Origin: Meiothermus sp.
Lineage (GTDB): Bacteria; Deinococcota; Deinococci; Deinococcales; Thermaceae
Reading direction: 5' to 3'
DNA length: 64,000 nucleotides
Assembly (NCBI GenBank): GCA_033762915.1
Contig: JANRLD010000115.1
Span: 32,001 to 96,000, forward strand
Part shown: positions 21,364-30,694 of the stretch, in pieces
Position numbering within the stretch: position 1 is the stretch's first letter
Layout of the letters: the number at the start of each line of letters is the position of its first letter
Notes under the pieces: model-generated
Told to the model about the DNA's origin: nothing
Databases searched by the model: none
The model's input: the letters and a program-made list of their open reading frames with translations, nothing else
Program-made: the position numbers and the translations under genes

Positions 21364-21469
21364 ACAGCGGTTCCCACCATTACGCCTCACGCGGTGATGC
21401 GCTGAAGCGGGCGTAATGTACCCCGCACATCCGAGTCTATGGGTGTGTGGTATTCGTGGGAACCGCTGT
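21364..21469 (+). repeat. Three-stem palindromic repeat, copy B
   Basis: 14-bp outer inverted repeat ACAGCGGTTCCCAC/GTGGGAACCGCTGT enclosing CATTACGCC..GGCGTAATG and TACCCCGCAC.. stems. Confidence 0.75.
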
Positions 21470-21505
21470 CACTGTAGTGCAACCGAGCAAAGACCCCGGC
21501 GCAAG

Positions 21506-21796
21506 CTAATCGGACACGACGTATGTCGGCCCCAACTCGTCCTTAATCAGCCCTGCCAACTCCCGGCCCTCCAGCTCGAACTGAGCCGGGGTCATTCCGA
21601 CCAGCGGGAGCGCCTCCGCCGGGTAGCCGTCGTTGTAAGTAGCCTGAAAGGCCCTATCCCACTCTAGCAGCCGCTCGAGGGTCTGGACACTGAGGGGTAG
21701 TTCGGCGGGGTCGATGTTGTGTGAAATCTCTTCCGTCTCGGAGCGCAACCAGGTGGGCCAGTAGGCGTAACTACAGAACACCCGGAGGTGCTTCAT
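21506..21796 (-). CDS. Hypothetical 96-aa acidic protein coupled to lysX
   Basis: ATGA overlap with the lysX stop; plausible composition. Confidence 0.6.
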   Translation of the reverse strand: MKHLRVFCSYAYWPTWLRSETEEISHNIDPAELPLSVQTLERLLEWDRAFQATYNDGYPAEALPLVGMTPAQFELEGRELAGLIKDELGPTYVVSD

Positions 21797-22638
21797 CCCC
21801 TGCGAATGCTCCAGGTGTACTCGAGGATCTTCGCCGGGATGTCCACGCCCGTCGTCGAGACCGAGTTCTTGAACTCCATGGTGTGGTTGACCTCGTTGAC
21901 CAGCAGCCCCTTAGGCGACTCGAAGAGGTCGATGGCAACCACGCCACCGCCGACCGCATGCGCAGCACGCACGGCGATCCCGGCCAGCTCAGGCGTGACC
22001 TCGCACTTGCTGGCCTTGCCGCCGCGGGCGGTGTTGGTGATCCAGTGCTCGGAGCTGCGATAAATCGCCCCGATGCAGGTGTCGCCCACCACGAAGGCCC
22101 GGATGTCCCGCCCGCCTTTGTCCACCAGCTCCTGCATGTAGTAAAGCTGGTGCTGGTAGCCACCCAGCACCTCCTTGTGCTCGACCACAGTCTCGGCGGC
22201 ATCGCGGTCACGGATCAGCGAGAGCAGGCGGCCCCAACTCCCCACCACCGGCTTCATCACCACCGGGTAGCCCATCTGCTCTATGGACTCGAGGGCCTTC
22301 TCCGACTCGGTGGCCAGTGCGGTGGTGGGTTGTGGCACCCCGGCCTTCTCGAGGGCGCAGGAGGTGGCCCACTTGTCGCCGCAGACCTCGATCACCGGAG
22401 CCTCGTTGACCACGGGGATGCCCAGCGAGCCCAGATAGCGGCTCACCGCCAGGCCCTTACTCTGCGAGACCAGCCGCTCGACGGCGCAGGAGACGCCCTC
22501 GAGTTCGGGCGGGCACTCGCCCAGCTTCATCCGAAGCTGCTTGGCATAGATTTTCTTGAACGGGATCCCCAGACCATCGGCTGCTTTAAACAGCATTTCC
22601 TCGTCGGGGCGGATGCGGTCGTAAAGAATTGCGAGCAT
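21793..22638 (-). CDS. lysX: Alpha-aminoadipate--LysW ligase
   Basis: [42 protein letters not shown]. Confidence 0.95.
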   Translation of the reverse strand: MLAILYDRIRPDEEMLFKAADGLGIPFKKIYAKQLRMKLGECPPELEGVSCAVERLVSQSKGLAVSRYLGSLGIPVVNEAPVIEVCGDKWATSCALEKAGVPQPTTALATESEKALESIEQMGYPVVMKPVVGSWGRLLSLIRDRDAAETVVEHKEVLGGYQHQLYYMQELVDKGGRDIRAFVVGDTCIGAIYRSSEHWITNTARGGKASKCEVTPELAGIAVRAAHAVGGGVVAIDLFESPKGLLVNEVNHTMEFKNSVSTTGVDIPAKILEYTWSIRRG

Positions 22639-22747
22639 GGCGTTGTGGAGGAGGCTGCGGGGATTGCCGCAGTTTTCGAGGGAGAAGGGGGGAGGGAGTC
22701 AAAGGAAAAACCTCCCCTCTCTCCCGCTTCCATCCTCCCTCTATCTC

Positions 22748-22921
22748 TTACTCTCCCCAGTCCTCCGCTTCCTCGGGGGCGTCGGCCAGCTTGGGGGGCT
22801 CGAGGCTCACCACCTCAAACTCCATGCCGGTCTCCTCGTCCACCACGATCTCGCCCAGCTCGGGGTTCTCGAGTTCGATGGTCGCGCCGGTTACAGGGTT
22901 TTCAAACGCTACTTTTGCCAT
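22748..22921 (-). CDS. lysW: Amino-group carrier protein LysW, 57 aa, cysteine-free (not in the ORF track)
   Basis: MAKVAFENPVTGATIELENPELGEIVVDEETGMEFEVVSLEPPKLADAPEEAEDWGE*; diagnostic EDWGE terminus. Confidence 0.93.
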   Translation of the reverse strand: MAKVAFENPVTGATIELENPELGEIVVDEETGMEFEVVSLEPPKLADAPEEAEDWGE

Positions 22922-23002
22922 TTTGGTGTTTCTCCCTTGCAGTTGGTTTTATTCGCTACGCTTCGGGTCTTGGGCGTCTGTCGCCTGCCGTCCGCAATCA
23001 GC

Positions 23003-23326
23003 CTAATTCCGCCAGTCTTCGTCGTTGTAGTCGTCCTTGACTTCCGTCCAGTCGGGTTTGAAACGGTGTCCGCACTCCGCGCACTCGACCTCCTCGTCGG
23101 CCTCGTCGACCTCGTTGGCCGCGCCGCAGCGAGGGCAGTCGGCGCTGAACATGGCCTCACCGCCCTCGACGGCCAGCAGTTCCAGCGGCTCCAGGGTGAC
23201 GACCTCGAGCACCGCGTTGCAGTTCTCACACTCGATCACATCGCCCTCGGCCAACTGGTCGTAATCGGAGGCGGCCACATACATAGGCTGACAGCAAACG
23301 ACACAGGTGATTTCGATCTCGTCCAT
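23003..23326 (-). CDS. Acidic double zinc-ribbon LysW-like protein (lysV position)
   Basis: Four CxxC pairs, LEVVTLEP, C-terminus EDWRN; start may instead be 23347. Confidence 0.75.
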   Translation of the reverse strand: MDEIEITCVVCCQPMYVAASDYDQLAEGDVIECENCNAVLEVVTLEPLELLAVEGGEAMFSADCPRCGAANEVDEADEEVECAECGHRFKPDWTEVKDDYNDEDWRN

Positions 23327-23348
23327 AGGAGCCTCTACTGCCGCCATT

Positions 23349-23849
23349 TTACCCCGCCGCCTCGCCCGGGAACCGCCCGTGTTTTCGGTAGTACTCCAGG
23401 ATGCTGCCCTCCTTGAGTGCCTCGAGCAAGAACTCGGGCGGGGGCATGAGCCGGAAGGTCTGTGTGCCCCTTCTCAAGATGCCCTGCTCGAACTCGAGTC
23501 CCACCTCGTCGCCGTCGTTCAGCGCGTCCACCACCTCGCCCGACTCGAAGGGCATGATCCCCAGGTTGACCAGGTTACGGTAGAAAATCCGCGCGTAGCT
23601 CTTGGCCAATACGGCCCGCACGCCCAGCTTCCGCAGCGCTTCCGGGGCGTACTCGCGGGACGAGCCCAAGCCGGTGTTTTTCCCGGCCACGATCAAGTCC
23701 CCCGGCCGGTAGCCTGGGGCAAAATCCGGGCGGAAGTGGGCAAAGGCGTAGGTGTGGAACTTGTCCTCGCCAACCATGAACGGGGCGTACTTCCCCGGCA
23801 GAATGTCGTCGGTGTTGATCGAGTCGCCGAACTTCCAAACTCTCGCCAT
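23349..23849 (-). CDS. lysU: Homoaconitase small subunit
   Basis: WKFGDSINTDDILPG, GLGSSREYA, ARIFYRN; lysine operon context. Confidence 0.88.
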   Translation of the reverse strand: MARVWKFGDSINTDDILPGKYAPFMVGEDKFHTYAFAHFRPDFAPGYRPGDLIVAGKNTGLGSSREYAPEALRKLGVRAVLAKSYARIFYRNLVNLGIMPFESGEVVDALNDGDEVGLEFEQGILRRGTQTFRLMPPPEFLLEALKEGSILEYYRKHGRFPGEAAG

Positions 23850-23853
23850 CGGG

Positions 23854-24630
23854 CTACACCCCTTTCGCCGCGTTCAGACCGGTCTGTAGGCCGTGGGCCA
23901 TCACGCCAAGATCGCTGGCCGCCACCACCATCCCGAAGCCCTCCGCGGCCCGCCTGGCGGCGGCTTTTCCGCCGCTGGTATAGATGCCTACCCCCAGGCC
24001 GTTCGCCCTGGCGGCGGCCTTTACGCGCTCCAAGGCCGCCACAAACTCCGGCTCCTCGCCCTCGCTGCTGGGCGGGAAACCCATGCTCAGGTGCAGGTCG
24101 TTCGGCCCTACAAACAGCGCGTCCAGGCCGGGGACGGCGGCGATGGCCTCGAGGTTCTCCAGCGCCTGCACGGTCTCGATCTGGACAACAACCACGACCT
24201 GATCGTTGGCGGCGTGAAAGTACTCGGTGGGCGAAGCCCCGAAACTCCTGGAGGCGAAGTAGCCGCCGTGGCTGCGCCGCCCCTGCGGCGGGTACTTACA
24301 CCAGTCCACCGCCTGACGGGCCTCCTCGGGCGTGTTCACATAGGGCACGATCACCCCCCAGGCCCCCGAGTCCAGCGCCCACTTGAACCACTCCTCGGCG
24401 CGCTTGGAGGGCACCCGCACCAGGGGCACCGAGTCGCCGGAGTCGCCGATGGCCCCCACCATCTGGGCCATAAGGACGGGGTTCTGGGCGGTGTGCTCGC
24501 AGTCCACCAGCAGCCAGTCGAAGCCGAGCCGGGCGGCGGCCCGGGCGGTCTCGAGGCTCGGAATGCTGAGCCAGGCTCCGTAGTTGGGCTGGTTGGCTCT
24601 GAGGGCGGTTTTGAGGGGGTTGGTTCGCAT
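23854..24630 (-). CDS. HpcH/HpaI family class II aldolase
   Basis: FDWLLVDCEH, LDSGA.GVIVP, QIET, FVGPNDL. Confidence 0.88.
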   Translation of the reverse strand: MRTNPLKTALRANQPNYGAWLSIPSLETARAAARLGFDWLLVDCEHTAQNPVLMAQMVGAIGDSGDSVPLVRVPSKRAEEWFKWALDSGAWGVIVPYVNTPEEARQAVDWCKYPPQGRRSHGGYFASRSFGASPTEYFHAANDQVVVVVQIETVQALENLEAIAAVPGLDALFVGPNDLHLSMGFPPSSEGEEPEFVAALERVKAAARANGLGVGIYTSGGKAAARRAAEGFGMVVAASDLGVMAHGLQTGLNAAKGV

Positions 24631-24818
24631 GGGTTCCTTTGGCGCTTAGCGACTAGCGGTTAGCTTTGAGCTCTTTCTGCCGTTCACTGCCTTCTAAGTT
24701 ACGCTAAGGTAGAAATGCAGAATCGGCGGCTTCGGCAAATACGTGCCTGACGCACTTATCTGCGGGAGCTGGCGGGCGACATATCGCATTCCAGCTATGG
24801 AGACACTTATCCGACCTC

Positions 24819-25379
24819 TCATTTCCACTTCCTCGAGTCCCAGTATTCGGGGTGATCCACCGCGAACACGTCGGGCGGGATATGGCCGAGTTGGCGGGCG
24901 AATACGAAGAGCTGGCCCCGGTGGTGTATCTCGTCCTGATAGGCATGTTGCAGCAGCAGCCAGCCGCGCATACCTTCGTGCCAGGGATTGTCCTGGGCGA
25001 ACTCCCAGAGTCGGTCTGCACTCACGTCCTCAGCCCATTGGCGCACTCGAGTCTGCACGCTCTGGAGCCAGTGGGCCAGTGTCTCGAGCTTGTAGACGGT
25101 CAGGTGCTTGTGCAATTCCCAGTCGGCGTCGGGGCTCTCCTCGAGGGTGCCCGCAGGCTCCCACTGGTTTTTGAACAGCCCCCTGGCCGCGTAGAACTGG
25201 TGTGCGCCGATGTGGTGGAACATCTCCCCCACCGTCTTCGAGCCCTGCCACGGCGTGCGCAGCAGGTCTTCGGCGCTAAAGCCGTGAAGCAGCTTAAGCG
25301 TGACCATGCGCACCCCGTCCCAGTGATCCAGGAAGGGTTCTAAGGCGGCGTAGGCGGGCGGTTGCATGGATCGGTTCAC
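24819..25379 (-). CDS. DinB family protein
   Basis: R..T..LL, TVGEMFHHI, EIHHRGQL. Confidence 0.8.
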   Translation of the reverse strand: MNRSMQPPAYAALEPFLDHWDGVRMVTLKLLHGFSAEDLLRTPWQGSKTVGEMFHHIGAHQFYAARGLFKNQWEPAGTLEESPDADWELHKHLTVYKLETLAHWLQSVQTRVRQWAEDVSADRLWEFAQDNPWHEGMRGWLLLQHAYQDEIHHRGQLFVFARQLGHIPPDVFAVDHPEYWDSRKWK

Positions 25380-25777
25380 TCGGGGGCCACCGCGATGGCG
25401 TCGGCCTCGAACAAAAACTCGGGACGGAAGAGCGCGGATACCTGAACCAAGGTACTGGCTGGTGGGTTCTCGAGGTTCACGAACTCATTGCGCACCCGGC
25501 GAATGAGGGGCAATTGCGAAACGTCGGTCACGTATATTCCGAGCTTGACCACGTGGCCGAAGTTCAGCCCCACTGCCTCGAGCGCCGCCCTCAAGTTAAG
25601 GAAGGTCTGCCGCACCTGGGCCTCGAGGTCGCCCTCCCCCACCACCTGACCGTCCCGGTCCAGCGCGACCTGCCCGGCGATGAACACCATTCGCCCGCCC
25701 CTGGCCTCCACCACCTGGGTGTAGCCAACCGGCTTGGGCATGGTCTCGGGGTTGCTGAACCTCAGATTCCCGCTCAT
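25376..25777 (-). CDS. RidA/YjgF family protein
   Basis: GYTQVV, FIAGQVA, PPASTLVQVSAL...FEADAIA. Confidence 0.9.
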   Translation of the reverse strand: MSGNLRFSNPETMPKPVGYTQVVEARGGRMVFIAGQVALDRDGQVVGEGDLEAQVRQTFLNLRAALEAVGLNFGHVVKLGIYVTDVSQLPLIRRVRNEFVNLENPPASTLVQVSALFRPEFLFEADAIAVAPE

Positions 25778-27021
25778 GCCCGGGCCTCCAAGTTCTCGGG
25801 TGTGGTGATATAGCCCGCCACCGCCGTCGCGGCGGCGACTCGGGGGCTAGCCAGATAAATCTCCGCATCGGCCGCGCCCATCCGCCCTTTAAAGTTGCGG
25901 TTGGAGGTACTGACGCAGACCTCACCGGGGGCCAACACGCCCTGGTGTCGGCCCATGCACGGTCCGCAGCCGGGCGTGCCCAGCGTAGCGCCCGCTTGCA
26001 GCAGGGTGAGCAGCGTGCCATCCCTGGTCGCGTCTTCCAGCACCTGCGACGAAGCCGGGATCACCAGCATCCGCACACCCGTCGCCACCCTCCGGCCTTT
26101 CAAAATCGCCGCGACTTCATGCAAATCGTCCAGCCGCCCGTTAGTGCAGGTTCCCACGAATACTTGGTCTACCTTTTTTCCGACGATGCTGCTGACCTCC
26201 TCCACGTTGTCCACGTAGAAGGGAACAGAAACTCGAGGGGTGAGCGTCGCCAAATCTATCTCGACCTCGCGTACGTAAACCGCGCCCTCGTCGGGGTAGA
26301 GCCAGTCGGGCACGTCGTAAAGCTCATTTATCTCGCCGCTGGGCACCACCAGCCCGCACTTGGCCCCAGCCTCGACCGTGAGGTTTGCCAAAGTCAGGCG
26401 CTGGCTGCGGGTGAGGGTTTCCGCACCATCCACCAAGTGCATCTCGATGCTCATGTAGGTCGCACCGTCGGCGGTGAGGACGCGGATCATCTCGAGGGCC
26501 GCGTCCTTCGCACTCACCGACGAGTTCAGCCACCCCTTGAAGGTCACTTTGACCGTCTCCGGCACCCGCAGCCAGGTGCGCCCGGAGGCGGCAGCCAGTG
26601 CGATGTCGGTAGCCCCCATTCCCGAGCCGAAGCAGCCGATGCCGCCGTAGGTGGTGGAGTGCGAGTCCGAGCCCAGCACGATGCCCCCCGGCAGCGCCAA
26701 CCGCTCCTCGACCAACACCTGGTGGCAAATCCCCCGCCCCACATCAAAGACCGGGCAGCCGTAGCGGTTGCCCCACTCCCGAATCTCCTTCTGCGCCTTG
26801 GCGACCTCCACGTTGGCGGCGGGGGCCACGTGGTCGATCACGATGGCCACCTTCTCGGGGTACTTGGGGGTGGCCTCGAGTTGCTCGAGCCTCTTAAAAA
26901 AACTCCCCGCGATCGAGTCCACCACCATCACCTGATCTACTTCTACCACCACGAGTTCCCCGGCCCTGGCCTCACGCCCGGCCCGCTTGGAGAGGATTTT
27001 CTCGGCTAAAGTTAGGCCCAT
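25774..27021 (-). CDS. lysT: Homoaconitase large subunit
   Basis: TLAEKIL, GICHQV, DSHSTTYG, GTCTNGR, CGPCMG, STSNRNF.GRMG. Confidence 0.9.
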   Translation of the reverse strand: MGLTLAEKILSKRAGREARAGELVVVEVDQVMVVDSIAGSFFKRLEQLEATPKYPEKVAIVIDHVAPAANVEVAKAQKEIREWGNRYGCPVFDVGRGICHQVLVEERLALPGGIVLGSDSHSTTYGGIGCFGSGMGATDIALAAASGRTWLRVPETVKVTFKGWLNSSVSAKDAALEMIRVLTADGATYMSIEMHLVDGAETLTRSQRLTLANLTVEAGAKCGLVVPSGEINELYDVPDWLYPDEGAVYVREVEIDLATLTPRVSVPFYVDNVEEVSSIVGKKVDQVFVGTCTNGRLDDLHEVAAILKGRRVATGVRMLVIPASSQVLEDATRDGTLLTLLQAGATLGTPGCGPCMGRHQGVLAPGEVCVSTSNRNFKGRMGAADAEIYLASPRVAAATAVAGYITTPENLEARA

Positions 27022-27875
27022 GTTGTCACCTCGAGGAGTTCGACTTTGCCGCCAACTTGGTTTTTCTTAGCTACATGATCGTCTGCTTCAAACTGACTGT
27101 ATAACCTAGAGAACTTACCCCCTTTGCCACTGCCTTGGAAGAAGGTGATTTGTTGTCTGCCCTGATAACCCTTCCCAGCAAAGTATCCGCACAAACTAGC
27201 AACGGTGAAACTGCCAGCATTGTCTTCGGGGATGCCTTTTGCCGGGGCAAAGAATCTCAGCCTAGTGACCCACTCTCCAGCTATAGGCTCTAGACCACTA
27301 CAGACGATGACTCCGTTGGTTTTAGATTCTTGGTTTATTTTCGCGATGGCCCCAAAATCGGGTGAAATAGAGTCTAGAATAGTGTCTTCCTCGAGCTGAT
27401 CATTGTGGAAAGCAATAGGAACGACGATGTTTAGTCTTGTACTTCCCGCCAGCACAACCTGCTCCAGATCTATCTCGTCCAACCCCAACGCCTCGAGTAG
27501 CGCATCGGCAGCAAAGTCGAATGGTCGCTGAAATGTGGAACCTTGGTTACTCCACCAATTGCCACCACGAGCGAATACCTCGAGCTCCTCCCCGCCCGCA
27601 TTCACAACCAAACGGTCTCCAATCACCCCGGCACGGCGCAAATGCTCGCCTACAACCAACGCGCCCGAGTCGCTCGAGCCCTTCTCCTTGGTCGGGGAGA
27701 AGAACCTTACCTCGGCGGTGCTCGAGTCTGCATTCAGGATGAACCCCGTCAACGGCTGGCCGCTCGAGGCCGCGATCCGCTGCATATCCACAGGGTCATC
27801 CACACCCTCTACAATGGCAAACTGCTTGCCCCCGCCCGGCGAGGCGGCGAACACCGAGTAGTGGTAAATCTTCAT
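27012..27875 (-). CDS. PhzF-family epimerase/isomerase-like protein
   Basis: VFA...GG...AIV, VRFFSP, RFFAP..GIPED.A; low-GC interior. Confidence 0.75.
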   Translation of the reverse strand: MKIYHYSVFAASPGGGKQFAIVEGVDDPVDMQRIAASSGQPLTGFILNADSSTAEVRFFSPTKEKGSSDSGALVVGEHLRRAGVIGDRLVVNAGGEELEVFARGGNWWSNQGSTFQRPFDFAADALLEALGLDEIDLEQVVLAGSTRLNIVVPIAFHNDQLEEDTILDSISPDFGAIAKINQESKTNGVIVCSGLEPIAGEWVTRLRFFAPAKGIPEDNAGSFTVASLCGYFAGKGYQGRQQITFFQGSGKGGKFSRLYSQFEADDHVAKKNQVGGKVELLEVTTWA

Positions 27876-27900
27876 CGAGTACCTCGGCTATAATTGCGCC

Positions 27901-28125
27901 ATGCAGCAGTACACCGTATTCGTCTATGAAGACCCCGAAGACCCTGGAAAGTGGCTGGCGGAGTTCCCAGCCGTGCACGGGGCGCACTCGTGGGGGAACT
28001 CGCCCGAGGAGGCCGTGCAAAATGCCACAGAGGCCCTCGAGCTGGTGCTGGAAGTGTTGAAAGAAGACGGAAAGCCATTCCCCGCCGACATTCAGACCCA
28101 AAAGGTTGTCGTGAATGCCGCCTAG
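27901..28125 (+). CDS. hicB: HicB family antitoxin (short, no obvious DNA-binding domain)
   Basis: W.AEFP.V.GA.SWG.S.EEA..NA.EAL; TATAAT just upstream of the ATG. Confidence 0.85.
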   Translation: MQQYTVFVYEDPEDPGKWLAEFPAVHGAHSWGNSPEEAVQNATEALELVLEVLKEDGKPFPADIQTQKVVVNAA

Positions 28126-28321
28126 ACCCAGCGAACTGGCGCGAGCACTGTTGCGCCTGGGATTTGTCGAGCGCAAGGCCAAGGGCGCACACCGCTTTTA
28201 CCAACACCCCGACGGGCGAACTACAGTCATCCCTTTCCACAGCGGCGAACTGCCAATGGGAACCTTCCGCAAGATTCTTAAAGACATCGGCATGACGGTG
28301 GAAGAGTATCAAAGGCTCTGA
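28115..28321 (+). CDS. hicA: HicA family mRNase toxin
   Basis: LGF.....KGAH....[21 protein letters not shown]. Confidence 0.9.
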   Translation: MPPRPSELARALLRLGFVERKAKGAHRFYQHPDGRTTVIPFHSGELPMGTFRKILKDIGMTVEEYQRL

Positions 28322-28330
28322 CATACGCCC

Positions 28331-29575
28331 TCAATCCAGGTTCTCGAGCCTTGCCGTGGGCACTTCCTCGGGCAGCAGGTGTTTGACGATGCCGTGGGCG
28401 GCGGCCAACTCCAAGAGCAGCGCCTCGGGGGTCTTCAAGCGCCCGATCTCGTGGGTGCGGTTCTTGAACTCGGCGGCGATTTGTTTGGCTTGGTCGCGGG
28501 TGATCTCGAGGGCCTCCACCTCTTTGAGGTAGTAGTAAATCAGGTTCCAGCCCGACAGCGGCCCCAGCAGGAGTTGGTTTTTGTCCACCCCGAAGTTTTG
28601 CAGGCTGTGGGCTTCGTAGACTTTCTTCTCGTTCAACACGGCCTTTTGGTGAACTCCGGCGGTGTGGGTGCGGTTGGTGAGCGAGACCGGCTCGGTGTAG
28701 GGCACCAGCGTGCCCAGGATCGAGGCCATCAGGACGTTGAGCGGGTAGCACTGGCTCAGGTTGTACTGAGTGCTAAGTTCGGGGAAGCGCTTGGAGAGGT
28801 TGAACAAGACGCCCGTCACCGAGGAAATCCCCGAGCGCTCGGCTAGGCCCCAGATGCTGGCGTCCACATAGGTCGCTCCGGCCCGCACGGCGGCATTGAC
28901 GTTGGCCAGGGCCAGGCCCCGGTCGTTGTGGAAGTGGCACTCCAGCCCTGCCCTCGGATATCGCTTGCGCAGCAGGCAGACCACCTCGCTCACGTCCTCG
29001 GGCTCGGCCAGCCCCACGGTGTCGGGCATCCCAAAGGTGTTTACGTAGGGGTAGATGGCGTCGTAGAGGCGCAACATGTCGTCCCGCGTGGTGCGGAAGG
29101 CGTCCTCGGCGCTGAAGCGGATGTATAGGTCGGGGTAGCGCTCCCGGGTGGCCTGAATCACCTCGGAAACCAGCGCGATGGACTCCTCGAGACCCTTCTG
29201 GGCGTTGTGTTCCTGGGCCAGCGTGGAGACCCCCAGATACAAGTTAAGGCCGTTGCAGCCCACCTCGAGCGCCCGTTCAATGTCCCCCGGGTGGCAGCGG
29301 CAGTGGGCCAGGAAAAGAAACCCCTTGGAATAGCTGCTCCGGGCATGCGCAATCAGCTCACGCACGTCCTGCTCCTCGGCCATCCCCACCACCGGCGAGA
29401 AGAACTCGAAGTGGGTCACGCCCAGCTCGATCAGGCCCGAGAGCAGGAGCTTCTTCTCCTCGAGGCTGAAACGGTACTTCTCGGTGTCGAACAGCAGCGG
29501 CGACTGCTGTCCATCGCGGAAGGTGGTGTCCACAATTTCGATGCGCCTGGATTGGCCTGCCGGTTCGGTTCGCAT
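28331..29575 (-). CDS. Homocitrate synthase (divergent DRE-TIM enzyme)
   Basis: DTTFRDGQQ, AHCRC, IRFSAED.FR, DTVG, HFHND.G, H.AGVH.KA; first gene after the Lys leader. Confidence 0.75.
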   Translation of the reverse strand: MRTEPAGQSRRIEIVDTTFRDGQQSPLLFDTEKYRFSLEEKKLLLSGLIELGVTHFEFFSPVVGMAEEQDVRELIAHARSSYSKGFLFLAHCRCHPGDIERALEVGCNGLNLYLGVSTLAQEHNAQKGLEESIALVSEVIQATRERYPDLYIRFSAEDAFRTTRDDMLRLYDAIYPYVNTFGMPDTVGLAEPEDVSEVVCLLRKRYPRAGLECHFHNDRGLALANVNAAVRAGATYVDASIWGLAERSGISSVTGVLFNLSKRFPELSTQYNLSQCYPLNVLMASILGTLVPYTEPVSLTNRTHTAGVHQKAVLNEKKVYEAHSLQNFGVDKNQLLLGPLSGWNLIYYYLKEVEALEITRDQAKQIAAEFKNRTHEIGRLKTPEALLLELAAAHGIVKHLLPEEVPTARLENLD

Positions 29576-29655
29576 AAATGACCCTTGGATAGTTTGGCGC
29601 TGAGCGATTTGGCTTTGGCTCTGGGCTCTAGACTCTCGACGTTCCCACTTCAGGC

Positions 29656-29691
29656 AAAAAAAACCGCCCGCAGGTTGATTGCGGGCCGGGG
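29656..29691 (-). terminator. Attenuator terminator of the lysine operon leader
   Basis: Minus strand CCCCGGCCCGCA-ATCAACC-TGCGGGCGG followed by T8. Confidence 0.8.
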
Positions 29692-29707
29692 TACGCAGCA
29701 GCGCGGA

Positions 29708-29758
29708 CTAGTTCAGACTAGCCCCCCGGCAGGTTGTTTTTTTGGAGCTAAGGTTCAT
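29708..29758 (-). CDS. Lysine operon leader peptide MNLSSKKTTCRGASLN
   Basis: Tandem AAA AAA codons; CCGGGG in the leader can pair with CCCCGG at the 5' arm of the terminator. Confidence 0.75.
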   Translation of the reverse strand: MNLSSKKTTCRGASLN

Positions 29759-29768
29759 CTCGAGGGCT

Positions 29769-29798
29769 AGACTAAGGGCGGTATACCAAGGTTGTCAA
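29769..29798 (-). promoter_or_regulatory. Sigma-A promoter of the lysine operon
   Basis: TTGACA-18 nt-TAGTCT, 10 nt upstream of the leader ATG. Confidence 0.65.
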
Positions 29799-29994
29799 TA
29801 CCGCAGCCCAACAGGATGGGCTGATGCCCCGCTTCCATGGCCTCGAGAAGCAACCAGGCCCCGCTGCCGAAATCCACCCGATAACCCCCGTCAGGCGTGG
29901 GCAACTGTTCGTGGCTGTAGTCGGACCCAATTTCCACGTGGCACCTTCGGCAGGGCCAAGGCGTGCGGTGGCCCTGCTGCGTTAGAATCGCCCG

Positions 29995-30642
29995 GTGACG
30001 CTTAAAGCCCTGCTCTTCGACCTCGACGGAACCCTGGCCGACACCGACCGGCTGCACGAACAGGCCTGGATCGAGGCACTGGCCCGCCACGGCATTCAGG
30101 CCGACCACCACTTCTACCAAACCCAGATCAGCGGGGGCGTGAACCTCGAGATCGTCGGCAGGGTGCTGCCCCAACTCGGCCTCAAGGAAGCCCAGGCCTT
30201 CATCGACGGCAAGGAGGCCCGCTTCCGCGAGCTGGCACACCGCCTCGAGCCCATCACCGGGGTCGAGCGGCTCGTGGCATGGGCCGAGGGGCGCGGCCTG
30301 CGGCAGGCCCTGGTATCCAATGCCCCCCGCATCAACGCCGAGCACGTACTAGAAGCTCTGGGCCTCGAGTTCGACCCGGTGATCTTGAGCGACGACCTTG
30401 GGGTGGGCAAGCCCGATCCCCTGCCCTACCTAACCGCGCTAAAGCTGCTGGGTGTGGGCGCCGAGGAGACCGTGGCCTTCGAGGACTCGCCCTCGGGTGT
30501 ACGCGCCGCTGTGGCCGCCGGAATCCGCTGCGTGGGCATCAGCTCCGGCCACGACCCAGCCAAGCTCGAGGCCGGCGGGGTCTTTCTGCTGGTGGACGAC
30601 TTCACCGACCGCCGGCTGTGGGAGTGGCTCGAGGGGCAATAG
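29995..30642 (+). CDS. HAD family phosphatase
   Basis: FDLDGTL, VSN, KPDP.PY, FEDS..G; TAGAAT 6 nt before the GTG. Confidence 0.9.
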   Translation: MTLKALLFDLDGTLADTDRLHEQAWIEALARHGIQADHHFYQTQISGGVNLEIVGRVLPQLGLKEAQAFIDGKEARFRELAHRLEPITGVERLVAWAEGRGLRQALVSNAPRINAEHVLEALGLEFDPVILSDDLGVGKPDPLPYLTALKLLGVGAEETVAFEDSPSGVRAAVAAGIRCVGISSGHDPAKLEAGGVFLLVDDFTDRRLWEWLEGQ

Positions 30643-30694
30643 TCTTTTTCTAGAAGCCGCCACAGCAACAAAATGGGCTGGGTGGAGTGTACCG

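Noticed and set aside
29580..29800. Lysine riboswitch
   Set aside because: Region is too short and is fully explained by the leader-peptide attenuator
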